From Eledone cirrhosa (Eukaryota): a stretch of DNA of 64,000 nt. The notes under the pieces were generated by a model. The model had not been told where the DNA came from, made no database searches, and saw only the letters and a list, made by a program, of their open reading frames with translations. Positions 42,788-56,702 of the stretch are shown here, in pieces. Where the stretch lies: NCBI GenBank assembly GCA_964016885.1, contig OZ024756.1, positions 11,036,001-11,100,000 of the forward strand, written 5' to 3'. Both the position numbers and the translations under genes were made by a program. How positions within the stretch are numbered: the first letter of the stretch is position 1; each line of letters starts with the position of its first letter.

Positions 42788-45700
42788 TTCTCCACTATAC
42801 ACATTTCTATAATATATATACATTTCTACACTATACACATTTCTATAATATATATATATATATATATTTCTACACTATACACATTTCTATACTATATATA
42901 TATATTTCTACACTATACACATTTCTATAATATATATACATTTCTACACTATACACATTTCTATAATATATATACATTTCTCCACTATACACATTTCTAT
43001 AATATATATACATTTCTCCACTATATATATACATTTCTCCACTATACACATTTCTATATTATATATATATATATATATACATTTCTTCACTATACACATT
43101 TCTATAATATATATATACATTTCTCCACTATACACATTTCTATAATATATATATATTTCTCCACTATACACATTTCTATAATATATATACATTTCTACAC
43201 TATACACATTTCTTTAATATATATACATTTCTCCACTACATATACATGTCACCACTATACACATTTCTATAATATATATACATTTCGACACTATAAACAT
43301 TTCTATAATGTATATATATATATACATTTCTCCACTATACACATTTCTATAATATATATACATTTCTCCACTATACATATTCTTATAATATATATACATT
43401 TCTTCACTATACACATTTCTATAATATATATATACATTTCTCCACTATACACATTTCTATAATATATATACATTTCTCCACTACATATACATGTCGCCAC
43501 TATACACATTTCTATAATATATATACATTTCTCCACTATACATATTTTTATAATATATATACATTTCTTCACTATACACATTTCTATAATATATATATAC
43601 ATTTCTCCACTATACACATTTCTATAATATATATACATTTCTCCCCTATACACATTTCTATAATATATATACATTTCTACACTATACACATTTCTATAAT
43701 ATATATACATTTCTCCACTACATATACATGTCGCCACTATACACATTTCTATAATATATATATATTTCTCCACTATACACGTTTCTATAATATATATACA
43801 TTTCTACACTATACACATTTCTATAATATATATACATTTCTCCACTATACACATTTCTATAATATATATATATTTCTCCACTATACACGTTTCTATAATA
43901 TATATACATTTCTACACTATACACATTTCTATAATATATATACATTTCTCCACTACATATACATGTCGCCACTATACACATTTTTATAATATATATACAT
44001 TTCTTCACTATACACATTTCTATAATATATATATACATGTCGCCACTATACACATTTCTATAATATATATATATTTCTCCACTATACACATTTCTATAAT
44101 ATATATACATTTCTCCACTATACACATTTCTATAATATATATACATTTCTCCACTACATATACATGTCGCCACTATACACATTTCTATAATATATATACA
44201 TTTCTACACTATACACATTTCTATAATATATATACACATTTCTATAATATATAAACATTTCTCCACTATACACATTTCTATAATATATATACATTTCTAC
44301 ACTATACACATTTCTATAATATATATACATTTCTCCACTATATATACATTTCGCCACTAGACACATTTCTATAATATATATACATTTCTCCACTATACAC
44401 ATTTCTATAATATATATACATTTCTACACTATACACATTTCTATAATATATATACATTTCTACACTATACACATTTCTATAATATATATACATTTCTACA
44501 CTATACACATTTCTATAATATATATATACATTTCTCCAATATACAATTTCTATAATATATAAACATTTTCCCACTATACACATTTCTATAATATATAAAC
44601 ATTTCTATAATGTATATATACATATATTTCTACACTATACACATTTCTATACTATATATATATATATATATATTTCTCCACTATACACATTTCTATAATA
44701 TATATACATTTCTCCACTATACACATTTCTATAATATATATACATTTCTCCACTTTACACATTTCTATAATATATATACATTTCTCCACTATACACATTT
44801 CTATAATATATATACATTTCGCCACTATACACATTTCTATAATATATATACATTTCTCCACTATATATACATTTCTCCACTATACACATTTCTATAATAT
44901 ATATACATTTCTCCACTATACACATTTCTATAATATATATATATATATACATTTCCCCACTATACACATTTCTATACTATATATACCTTTCTCCACTATA
45001 CATATTTCTATAATATATATACATTTCTCCACTATACACATTTCTATAATATATATACATTTTTCCACTATACACATTTCTATAATATATATATATACAT
45101 TTCTTCACTATACACATTTCTATAATATATATATACATTTCTCCACTATACACATTTCTATAATATATATACATTTCTCCACTATATACATTTCTATAAT
45201 ATATATACATTTCTCCACTATACACATTTCTATAATATATATACCTTTCTCCACTATATATACATTTCGCCACTATACACATTTCTATAATATATATACA
45301 TTTCTCCACTATACACATTTCTATAATATATATACATTTCTACACTATACACATTTCTATAATATATATACATTTCTCCACTATACAAATTTCTATAATA
45401 TATATACCTTTCTCCACTATATATACATTTCTCCACTATACACATTTCTATAATATATATACATTTCTCCACTATATATACATTTCTCCACTATACACAT
45501 TTCTATAATATATATACCTTTCTCCACTATATATACATTTCTCCACTATACACATTTGTATAATATATATACATTTCGCCACTATACACATTTCTATAAT
45601 ATATATACATTTCTCCACTATATATACATTTCTCCACTATACACATTTCTATAATATATATACATTTCTCCACTATACACATTTCTATAATATATATATA

Positions 45701-46885
45701 TATATATACATTTCCCCACTATACACATTTCTATACTATATATACCTTTCTCCACTATACATATTTCTATAATATATATACATTTCTCCACTATACACAT
45801 TTCTATAATATATATACATTTTTCCACTATACACATTTCTATAATATATATATATACATTTCTTCACTATACACATTTCTATAATATATATATACATTTC
45901 TCCACTATACACATTTCTATAATATATATACATTTCTCCACTATATACATTTCTATAATATATATACATTTCTCCACTATACACATTTCTATAATATATA
46001 TACCTTTCTCCACTATATATACATTTCGCCACTATACACATTTCTATAATATATATACATTTCTCCACTATACACATTTCTATAATATATATACATTTCT
46101 ACACTATACACATTTCTATAATATATATACATTTCTACACTATAAACATTTCTATAATATATATACATTTCTCCACTATATACATTTCTATAATATATAT
46201 ACATTTCTACACTATACACATTTCTATAATATATATACATTTCTCCAATATACAATTTCTATAATATATAAACATTTCTCCACTATACACATTTCTATAA
46301 TATATAAACATTTCTATAATGTATATATATATATACATTTCTCCACTATACACATTTCTATAATATATATACATTTCTCCATTATACACATTTCTATAAT
46401 ATATATATATATACATTTCTCCACTATACACATTTCTATAATATATATACATTTCTCCACTATACACATTTCTATCATATATATACATTTCTTCACTATA
46501 CACATTTCTATAATATATATACATTTCTATAATATATATACATTTCTCCACTATACACATTTCTATAATATATATACATTTCTCCACTATATACCTTTCT
46601 ATAATATATATACATTTCTACACTATACACATTTCTATAATATATATACCTTTCTCCACTATACATATTTCTATAATATATATACATTTCTCCACTATAT
46701 ACATTTCTATAATATATATACATTTCTCCACTATACACATTTCTATAATATATATACATTTCTCCACTATACACATTTGTATAATATATATATATATATA
46801 TACATTTCTTCACTATACACATTTCTATAATATATATATACATTTCTACACTATACACATATCTAAACTATATACATTTCTATAA
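34886..46885. repeat. 12-kb AT-rich satellite, 36-bp dimeric unit (ACATTTCTCCACTATAC + ACATTTCTATAATATATAT)
   Basis: Direct reading; 12-aa periodic ORFs (YYRNVYSGEMYI). Confidence 0.97.
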
Positions 46886-46929
46886 TAATATATATATATT
46901 TCTATATACTATATATATATATACATACA

Positions 46930-46971
<42 letters not shown>

Positions 46972-46977
46972 CATATT

Positions 46978-47009
<32 letters not shown>

Positions 47010-47384
47010 AAAAAGTATATATATATATAGTATAGAAAAGTATATATATATAGTATAGAAATATATATATATATAGTATAGAAATATATATAGTATAGAA
47101 AAGTATATATAGTATAGAAAAGTATATATATATATTATAGAAAAGTATATATATATAGTATAGAAAAGTATATATTATAGTATTAAAATATATATATATA
47201 GTATAGAAATATATATATAGTATAGATATATATATATATAGTATAGAAATATATATATATATATAGTATAGAAATATATATATATATAGTATAGAAATAT
47301 ATATATATATATATATATATATAGTATAGAAATATATATATATATATATATAGTATAGAAATTATATATATATAGTATAGAAAT

Positions 47385-47434
<50 letters not shown>

Positions 47435-47490
47435 ATTTCTATACTATATATATATAATTTCTATACTATATATATATATATATATTTCTA

Positions 47491-47534
<44 letters not shown>

Positions 47535-47890
47535 CTATACTATATATATATATATTTCTATACTCTATATATATATATTTCTATACTATATATATATATA
47601 TATATATATCTATACTATATATATATTTCTATACTATATATATATATTTTAATACTATAATATATACTTTTCTATACTATATATATATACTTTTCTATAA
47701 TATATATATATACTTTTCTATAATATATATATATACTTTTCTATAATATATATATATACTTTTCTATACTATATATATTTCTATACTATATATATATATA
47801 TTTCTATACTATATATATATACTTTTCTATACTATATATATATACTTTTCTATACTATATATATATACATTTCTATACTATTTCTATACT
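47010..47890. repeat. Inverted low-complexity repeat: (TAGTATAGAAA(TA)n) units mirrored by ((TA)nTTTCTATACTA) units around a (TA)n centre near 47410
   Basis: Rare variants are mirrored: AGTATTAAAA/TTTTAATACT, TAGAAATTAAA/TTTAATTTCTA. Confidence 0.85.
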
Positions 47891-47894
47891 TTCA

Positions 47895-48765
47895 TTATTT
47901 TGATGATAAGGCTGAATATTATAATGAAGCTTTAAATAGAGCAGGATTTTCAAATTAAATGAAATACATTGATAACAATAACATGGCAAATCACCCTAGT
48001 ATTAATTATATTAATAATAAACAATTTAACTTAAACACTAAACCAAACAAAAGAACTAGAACTAGAAATATTATTTGGTACTCCACCCCATTCTCATTAA
48101 GCATTAAAACACCTTTAGCAAAGCTATTTTTTAAAGCACTAGACAGATACCACACTATCTGTAACAGACATACTATAAAACTATCCTACTCTACTACTAT
48201 GAACATAGCACAAAATATAAATAGAAGTAATAATAGAAACTTAAATTTAAACACTATCCAAAATAACCAACATTGCAATAATATAATAATTCTAAGAATA
48301 TCCAGTATAATAGTACCGTTCCGAGCAACAACTCCGTAAAATGTAACTGTAGAATCAAATCAAACTGCCCTTTACAAAATAATTGTTTAGATAAAAATGT
48401 AGTTTATAAATGCACAGTTAAAATTAGAGATAATATATTTAACTATGTTGGTGCCACTTCTACAAAATTTAAAGAACGCTGGAATAACCATAATCATACT
48501 TTTAAAAGATTTGATAAAAAAATCTTCTACTTCACTTTCACATCTTATATGGAACTTAAAAAGCAAGGATATAGACTATTCAATATCTTGGAAAATTATT
48601 TCGAAGCAGCTGCCTACCGAAATATGGCTTTATCAAAATTCTGTAAATTGTGTATTGAAGAAATTTTTTATATTATTAACTGTCAAAACTCTATTAATCT
48701 CAGAACAGAATTATTTTCTTCTTGCAGACATCGCCAACATTCCCTTTTCAGAACTATGTTTAATT
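47895..48765 (+). mobile_element. 5'-truncated Penelope-like element with GIY-YIG endonuclease, frameshifted
   Basis: FDDKAEYYNEALNRAGF, IIWYSTPFS, TIKLSYS, CNCRIKSNCPLQNNC, VVYKCTV..YVGATSTKFKERWNNH, LSHLIWNLK, CKLC..CRH. Confidence 0.9.
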
Positions 48766-48917
48766 TATAATATTCCTTAAACCTTCAAAATGTTTTTATC
48801 TTCTTTAACAATTTAGAATTTTTAATATTTTAATATCTTAATATTTCTAAATGGTAATATCTTTAATATTTGTAATATTTTCACCTTTCAACAAAAATTT
48901 CTTTTAATATATATATA

Positions 48918-48984
<67 letters not shown>

Positions 48985-49037
48985 ATGTATATAATTTTAA
49001 TTTTTAATCTTTTAATTCTTACATTATTATTTTTCTA

Positions 49038-49155
49038 TGATCTGAGTTCAAATCCCGCCGAGGTTAACTTTGCCTTTCATCCTTACGGGGTCGATAAAAT
49101 AAAGTACCAGTAATGTACTGGGTAATTGCTGGCCTTGTGCCTAAAAATATAAACA
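49038..49155 (+). mobile_element. 5'-truncated family A SINE with 15-bp TSD
   Basis: ATTATTATTTTTCTA at 49023 and 49156. Confidence 0.85.
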
Positions 49156-49674
49156 ATTATTATTTTTCTAATGACACTCTCTATAAAAAATTTTTTTAGA
49201 CGTAGATTGATAATCATTAACTAACATTGAAAAATGTATTCTCTTCTCGACAGTTTCTTAGATAAACACATCATGTATCTCCTCTTTTGGTTTTTTGATT
49301 CTCAAACATTCACACATCTTCCGACTAAAATAATTAATTCATCTCACACTTCTTTAAATTCATCGATTAATAAAAAAAAAAAATTGGAGTTATCTTTCCT
49401 TTCTCAGTTATTATATACGTAACTCCGATAAATTAACAATATTATAAAACATTCTCAACGCTGAACAAAATATTCAAATCTATAAATTCATAACTTAAAC
49501 TACCTATTTATTTACATATAACTCAAAATCAACATAACTCGTATTATAAACAACTACCTAAAACTGGTACTACCTATTTACATAAAACACAAAATCAACA
49601 TCCCTCATAACTGATATTATAAACAACTAATAACTGTAAATTATCAATATCTCTTTTAATACCTATACATATGC

Positions 49675-49935
49675 AATTATTAATATATATAGATATTTAG
49701 TTATGTAATAAACAACATAAGATAATTATTTCATTTACCAGTGGTTTCTTGGAAGCAAACAAAATTTGCTTTCAGTCATCAGAATGAAAAGATCCTGGTG
49801 TATTTATTGATAGTGGATTTTAAAAACCTGATGACTGAAAGCAAATTTTGTTTGCTTCCAAGAAACCGCTGGTAAATGATATAATTATCTTATGTTGTTT
49901 ATTACATAACTAAATATCTATATATATTAATAATT
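49675..49935. repeat. Foldback inverted repeat (108-bp arms, 45-bp spacer), each arm ending at an HHR CTGATGA box
   Basis: Arms 49675-49782 and 49828-49935. Confidence 0.92.
49729..49789 (-). ncRNA. Minimal type I hammerhead ribozyme
   Basis: Minus: tttcatt CTGATGA ctgaaagcaaa ttttg tttgcttccaa GAAA ccactgg TA aatgaaa; perfect 7-bp stem I, imperfect base of stem II. Confidence 0.75.
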
Positions 49936-50351
49936 AATATATATGTAACCTACATAGAGCACTCTTTTTTCCTGGACCTTTCCGACGAAATTACTTCATT
50001 TGTGTATGTATATAATTTTAATTTTTAATATTTATACATATACAATATTTCAATAAGATAAATACTTACAAACATAATTCTCCATATAAATATAATATAA
50101 GTAAATATTCAAATTTTTTTCTTACCCCAAATTAACGTAAATATGTGGTCTTCTTTTCTTTTCATTTTTCTTCCTCTCCTAATAATACAAACATATCTAA
50201 ATTTCCCTAGCGTCTAAAATAACGATTTTTCAACTCATTTACATATTCATTAGCATACTCATCCTAACAATTTTAAATCCACTATCCAAGGAACACTTCA
50301 ACTGATATGGTATGTTCCTTGGCTATGTCAAAATTTATAAAACACACTTTG

Positions 50352-50413
50352 TATTTTATCTGATGAAAGCGTACCAAAGTTTTTGGTACCCTTGAAATAT
50401 ATATAATAGAATA
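50352..50413 (+). ncRNA. Minimal type I hammerhead ribozyme
   Basis: tattttat CTGATGA aag-c-gtaccaaa gtt tttggtac-c-ctt GAAA tatata TA atagaata; predicted cut after 50405. Confidence 0.87.
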
Positions 50414-50469
50414 AATATGGTTTTATAAATATAGTTTCCATTTATTTAATATCATTGAATATTTACTCC

Positions 50470-52600
50470 ATAAATCTGACATCAGGTTCTTTGCTATGGA
50501 GAACATACTGCCCATGCAGTGGTGTTTGCTCCCATTTAATGCACAGTCTCTGTTGGCCTTCATATTTTGCCAACACTTTGATATTCTTTGCAGCTTTAAT
50601 TGCAGAATCGCCATTATTATTTTCAAACTGTATTACCAGTTCTTCCGCAAACTTCCTACCTTCCTTTGTGACTAAATCTAACCTCTTCTTCCTTTCGTGA
50701 ACTGCGACCATTTTCATCATCCAGCCATCTGTTGTTTTAAGGCACTGATTGAAAGCTCTAGCTGTATCTTTCCTTTACCTCCATTTTATCTAGGGAGATA
50801 GAGATGATCCACATCTGCTTTTGGGTGATGTACTCTACTACAGGTCAAAAGTTTCCTGATTTTGGTGTCCACTCTCTTGTTCACGTTCCAATTGAAACTG
50901 TAGGTGACAACATGGATTGCAAATGTATTTATGGCAGATAATTTATTTCACGACTTAAGCTCTGTTTTCGTGACAGCAAGTACTCTCCGGTAGCATTCAT
51001 TTCTGATTCTCTCTTTCATGCTAGTGTGGTGAATACCTTGGCCTTCATTGATCCCTAGCTATCTGGAGGCTTGTTCTTGTTCCCTAATTACTGTATTCAC
51101 ATCTATTTCAATTGAGTCTGTGCTTGTCATTCTCCCTTTCTTGAATGTTGCTTTGGTACATTTTTCCAATCCAAACTCCATCCTGAACACCTTGGACTGT
51201 CTTCAGCAATCCTTCCAGTTCATTGTCATTTTTATCATACAGCTTCAAGTCATCCATATAAAATAGGTGTTTTATTGTTTTGCTGTTTATTTTGTATCCA
51301 TATTTTGTTTTGTTGAGTGATAAAGATAGCAGTGCGAGTGCAATGTAAAATATCTGAGGAGAAAATGAACCAGCCTGAAAAATACCACAATTTATAATTC
51401 CATCACTATGTGACAATGATAGGCTTGTATTCCATAGAGACATATTGTATTTCAGGAAGTTTGATATTACTAGGGAAATCTTCAGAACATACAAAGTTTT
51501 CAAAATCCATGTGTGGAACACTGTCAAATGCTTTCTTATAGCCAATCCAAGCAGTAGTCAGATTTCTATACATTTTATGACAGTTTTTCAGGATCATGCG
51601 GCTAATGAGAAGTTGGTCTTTGTACCTGTAAGACCCACAGCGACAACGTTTCTGCTCAATAGGGAAAAGATGATCTTCATCCCTAAATTTGTAAGTTGTC
51701 TCAGTCAAGATTGAGGTGAGAATTTTGTATGATGTCAGAAGGCAAGTGATAGGGCGATCACGATTTGGAATATTTGTTTCTGTTGATTTTGGCAAGAGAT
51801 ATGTTATACGAGTCAGGAGTTTTCTCAGGGTTGTGCATAATTTCGTTATAACATTTTACCAACATATCATGTGAAGAAGTTAGAGAAGATAACCAAATGT
51901 TTGGCACTGTATCAATGCCAGGGGATTTCAATTTCTTTGCTTTCTTTAGTGCCAACTCCAGTTCTTCCAAAGTTATGTCTTGCTAAGTTTGTCTTTCTAA
52001 ATTATCGTATGTTTCTTCCATGTTCTTTATCCATACTCCATTTGCATTATGGGATTTTTCTGTACTCCATACTGTTTTCCAGAATTCTTCAATTTCATGA
52101 ATTAAAGGGGATTCCTTCAATTCCTATAAAATCTTTTTGCATCAGACATAAACAGCTTATTTTGCCTATAAATCCTTTTTCGTTTTTTAAATCTTCTAAT
52201 TCTTTGAGCTTTCAGCTGAACTTTCTATTTCAGGGTTTCTTTGATTGATGCAATATCAGGGTTTGAAGTTACATTGTATTTCTTAACTACTTTCCTTCCT
52301 TTTCTTGACTTGAGAGACTTCCCAGCACATATTTCATCCAGGATCAATATATTTTCCCTCATCATTTCAATTTCTTTCTCAATTTTTAACTTTCAGGGTG
52401 GTTTTTTGTGAGTGTTGTGTCTTTTTTGCTTTTTCTTTAACCCACATTTCCTCTCTATTACAGTTGCTGCGGCATAAATAACCTCATTTATTTCTGATAT
52501 AGCAGACTGCATCTCTTCAATTATTGCTTTAACAGTCTAATTTCTAGTTCTTATGTGTCTTTTTTTATGGTTGTTGTTTGTCAATTATTTGCAAGGACTC
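50470..52600 (-). mobile_element. Degenerate non-LTR retrotransposon RT, R4/Dong-like
   Basis: SPGIDTVPNIWL, RPITCLLTSYKILT, EQKRCR..KDQLLI, YKKAFDSVPH, GIFQAGSFSP, HLFYMDDLKLY, WEQTPLHGQY across frameshifts. Confidence 0.82.
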
Positions 52601-52777
52601 TCTTTCACCCATACTAATGTTTTTTTTATTTTTCCAAGTTCATTGAGAATTTCTTTTGTTTATTCTATCTGATCTTTATGTTCATGAGTAGAAGTACCCT
52701 CATCCATATTGTCAACCTACCCTTCAGCTTGACCCTGCTCCAATGTGTTTTTGATACCCTCCATGTTTTGTGGAATT

Positions 52778-53030
52778 AGCTTTGCCTTTCATCCTTATAG
52801 GGTCGATAAAATAAAGCACTAGTAATATACTAGGGTTGATTTAATCGACTTTCCCTTTTCCCCGAATTGCTGGTCTTGTGCCTATAGTAGAAACATTATA
52901 TCCCTTTACGGTCTGAGTTCAAATCCCGCCAAGGTTAATTTTGCCTTTCATCCTTACGGGGTCGATAAAATAAAGTACCAGTAATATACTGGGTAATTGC
53001 TGGCCTTGTGCTTAAAGTAGAAACAATTAT
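52778..53030 (+). mobile_element. Two adjacent truncated family A SINE copies, the second with an (ATT)n tail
   Basis: TTTGCCTTTCATCCTTA..GGGTCGATAAAATAAAG present twice. Confidence 0.8.
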
Positions 53031-53304
53031 TAATATTATTAATATTATTATTATTATTACATTAGTTGGCAAGGAGGTATAGTAGAAGACACTTGTCGAA
53101 GGTGCCCCATATTGGGACTGAACCCCAAACCACATGGTTCCAAAGTAAGTTCCATACTACATAGAGATGCCTGTACCTATATGTATATAAATATATATAC
53201 ATACACACATATACACCATACACAACCCTCCCATACACAACCCCCTCCCCCACACACACACACATATACACCATACACATCCCTCCCATACACAACCCCC
53301 CCCC

Positions 53305-53351
<47 letters not shown>

Positions 53352-53752
53352 CTATATAAATAATACATTTAATGTAAACATCATGTGTTTAATATATTTT
53401 ATATTAGAAGGCGAGAGGCCTAGATACGGTAAAGCCAGGGACAACAATATAACTATAAATATTCAAATATTTCTTACAGTAACATAAAATATATGAAATA
53501 TATGCTATTTATATTAAATGTATTGTATACATTGCTTTCTATTTTTTCAGGATTAAATTCTCCCTTATGTATACAAACATTACTATGCGGCATTGATGAG
53601 TTAGAACAACTTTATATATCTTTATACATTGTCCAGCAACAGTTCAATGAGATTATATTTCTATGATAACACAGTTTTTCGTCATATTATATTCACAAAA
53701 CCATCATCAGCAACATCGTTTTAGGTCCATTTTTCCATGTTTACAGTTATAT

Positions 53753-53885
53753 GTGAAGCTGCATGGCTTAGTGGTTAGAGCATTGGACTTACAATCATCA
53801 AGTTGTGAGTTCAATTTCCAGACAGGGCAGTGTGTTGTTTCTTGAGCAAGACACTATTTCATGTTGCTCCAGTTTACTCAGCTTG
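53753..53885 (+). mobile_element. Family C (CORE-like) SINE 5' part
   Basis: Matches 31128-31260. Confidence 0.8.
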
Positions 53886-54089
53886 GTGCCAAGCTGTATC
53901 ACCTATTGCCTTTCCTTTGGACAACATATCATCATCAACACCATTTTACGTCCGTTCTTCCACACTAGCATGGGTTAGATGGGTTGTCCTGTTGTGGGCA
54001 GTGTCTGGTCAGGTGACCATGTCTTGCACATACAGAACTGATTCTGGCTTGGTTTCTACAGCTGGATGCCCTTCCTAACACCAATCTCA

Positions 54090-55120
54090 TTTACAATGTG
54101 TACTGGGTGCTTTTTGTTGTGACACCTACACAACTACTTTACTGTGTGTGCTGGTTGCTTTTTATGGTGACACCTACATGACCACTTTACAGTGTAGACT
54201 GGCTGCTTTTTGTTGTGACACCTACACAACTACTTTACTGTGTGTGCTGGTTGCTTTTTATGGTGACACCTACATGACCACTTACAGTGTAGACTGGCTG
54301 CTTTTTGTTGTGACAGCTACATGACCACTTTACAATGTAGTCAGGGTGCTTTTTGTTGTGACACCTACACAACCACTTTACAGTGTGGGCTATGTGCTTT
54401 TTGTCATGACACCTACATGACCACTTTACAGTGTGTACTGGGTGCTTTTTGCCATGACATATACATGAGCACTTTACAGTGTGGACTGGGTGCTTTTTGT
54501 CATGACACCTACATGACCACTTTACAGTGTGGGTTGGGTGCTTTTTTGTCATGACACCTACACGACCACTTTACAGTGTGGACTGGGTGCTCTTTGTCAT
54601 GACACCTACATAACCACTTTACAGTGTGGACTGGGTGCTTTTTGTCATGACACCTACATGACCACTTTACAGTGTGGACTGGGTGCTTTTTGCCATCACA
54701 TATACATGAGCACTTTACAGAGTGGACTGGGTGCTTTTTGTCATGACACCTACATGACCACTTTACAGTGTGGGTTGGGTGCTTTTTTGTCATGACACCT
54801 ACACGACCACTTTACAGTGTGGACTGGGTGCTCTTTGTCATGACACCCACATGACCACTTTACAGTGTGGGCTAGGTGCTTTTTGTCATGACACCTACAC
54901 GACCACTTTACAGTGTGGACTGGGTGCTTTTTGTCATGACACCTACATGACCACTTTACAGTGTGGACTGGGTGCTCTTTGTCATGACACCCACATGACC
55001 ACTTTACAGTGTGGGCTAGGTGCTTTTTGTCATGACACCTACATGACCACTTTACAGTGTGGGCTGGGGGCTTTTTTGCCATGACACCTACATGACCACT
55101 TTACAGTGTGGGCTGGGGGC
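54090..55120. repeat. 48-bp minisatellite grown inside a family B SINE
   Basis: Unit GACACCTACATGACCACTTTACAGTGTGGACTGGGTGCTTTTTGTCAT continues from the SINE at 53930-54115. Confidence 0.92.
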
Positions 55121-55289
55121 TTCATTAGATGCATTTATATCGGCCTGTCCTCATGGGGATGTATGGGAGGGTGGGTTGGGACATACTGTATATAAGCTTT
55201 AGCTGTGCCCATGGTCAATATCAACAAATCTATGTTCTGTATATCTGTAAATCTAAACAGTATTCCAACCAACAGTAGTCAGCAGCATC

Positions 55290-55291
55290 GC

Positions 55292-55332
<41 letters not shown>

Positions 55333-55417
55333 CCACCACCACCACCACCACCATCATCATTAATATCATCCACATCTCCATCATCATCACCACCATTATC
55401 ATCATCATCATCATCAT
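55290..55417. repeat. (CAT/CAC)n microsatellite at a SINE tail
   Basis: Direct reading; followed by TTTAACATCTATTTTCCATGC. Confidence 0.85.
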
Positions 55418-55709
55418 CGTTGTTTAACATCTATTTTCCATGCTTTCATGGATTAGACAGGTTGTCACATATTGAAGATAGACAGGTCAAATAGCCATGT
55501 CTAGCTCATACACTCCATATCAATTATAGTTGTGTATATAAATAAATATATATATATATACACACACACATGCTTGTCAACATATTAAGTTTGTCATAAA
55601 TATATATATACATAAGCACAAAATATAAATGCATCCACCCCCTCCACACCACCCCCTTTCGATGTAAAGTTATGTTGGTACCACAACATCCAGTCCGAAA
55701 CAAATGAGG

Positions 55710-56650
55710 TCGTGTAGGTGTCACGACAAAAAACACACAGTCCACGCTGTAATGTGGCCATGTAGGTAACACGGTAAAAACCTCCCAGTACACACTGTAA
55801 ACGTGGTTGGTGTTGGGAAGGGCACCCAGCCGTAGAAAACCCGCCAGACGTGTAGGTGACATGACAATAAAATACACAGTCCACGCTGTAATGTGGCCGT
55901 GTAGGTAACACGGTAAAAACCTCCCAGTACACACTGTAAACGTGGTTGGTGTTGGGAAGGGCACCCAGCCGTAGAAAACCCGCCAGACGTGTAGGTGACA
56001 TGACAATAAAATACACAGTCCACGCTGTAATGTGGCCGTGTAGGTAACACGGTAAAAACCTCCCAGTACACACTGTAAACGTGGTTGGTGTTGGGAAGGG
56101 CACCCAGCCGTAGAAAACCCGCCAGACGTGTAGGTGACATGACAATAAAATACACAGTCCACGCTGTAATGTGGCCGTGTAGGTAACACGGTAAAAACCT
56201 CCCAGTACACACTGTAAACGTGGTTGGTGTTGGGAAGGGCACCCAGCCGTAGAAAACCCGCCAGACGTGTAGGTGACATGACAATAAAATACACAGTCCA
56301 CGCTGTAATGTGGCCGTGTAGGTAACACGGTAAAAACCTCCCAGTCCACACTGTAAACATGGTTGGTGTTGGGAAGGGCACCCAGCCGTAGAAAACCCGC
56401 CAGACGTGTAGGTGACATGACAATAAAATACACAGTCCACGCTGTAATGTGGCCGTGTAGGTAACACGGTAAAAACCTCCCAGTCCACACTGTAAACATG
56501 GTTGGTGTTAGGAAGGGCATCCAGCCGTAGAAAACCCGCCAGACAGTCCTATACGAGCAAGACAACCAATCTTGCCTCAAGTGGGAAAACTCCCGCCCAA
56601 ACCCATGCTAGCGTGGAAGATGGACGTTAAACGATGATGATGATGATGAT
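55710..56650 (+). repeat. 139-bp tandem array (about 6 units) of family B SINE internal sequence, exiting into the SINE 3' end
   Basis: CCGCCAGAC at 55841, 55980, 56119 and onward; last unit continues as in 30590-30717. Confidence 0.93.
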
Positions 56651-56702
56651 ATACCCATGCAAGTGTGAAAAAACAGACTGAAAAATGATTATATATACAT
56701 AT

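Noticed and set aside
48980-50029. 29-bp direct repeat at 48980 and 50001
   Set aside because: Real, but AT-rich and I cannot assign it as a TSD or pLTR boundary
53551-53666. Possible exon after TTTTTTCAG
   Set aside because: Short frame with no recognisable product and no partner exons
53665-53715. Minus-strand CTGATGA...GAAA
   Set aside because: No stem II pairing; CTGATGA comes from a (CAT)n SINE tail
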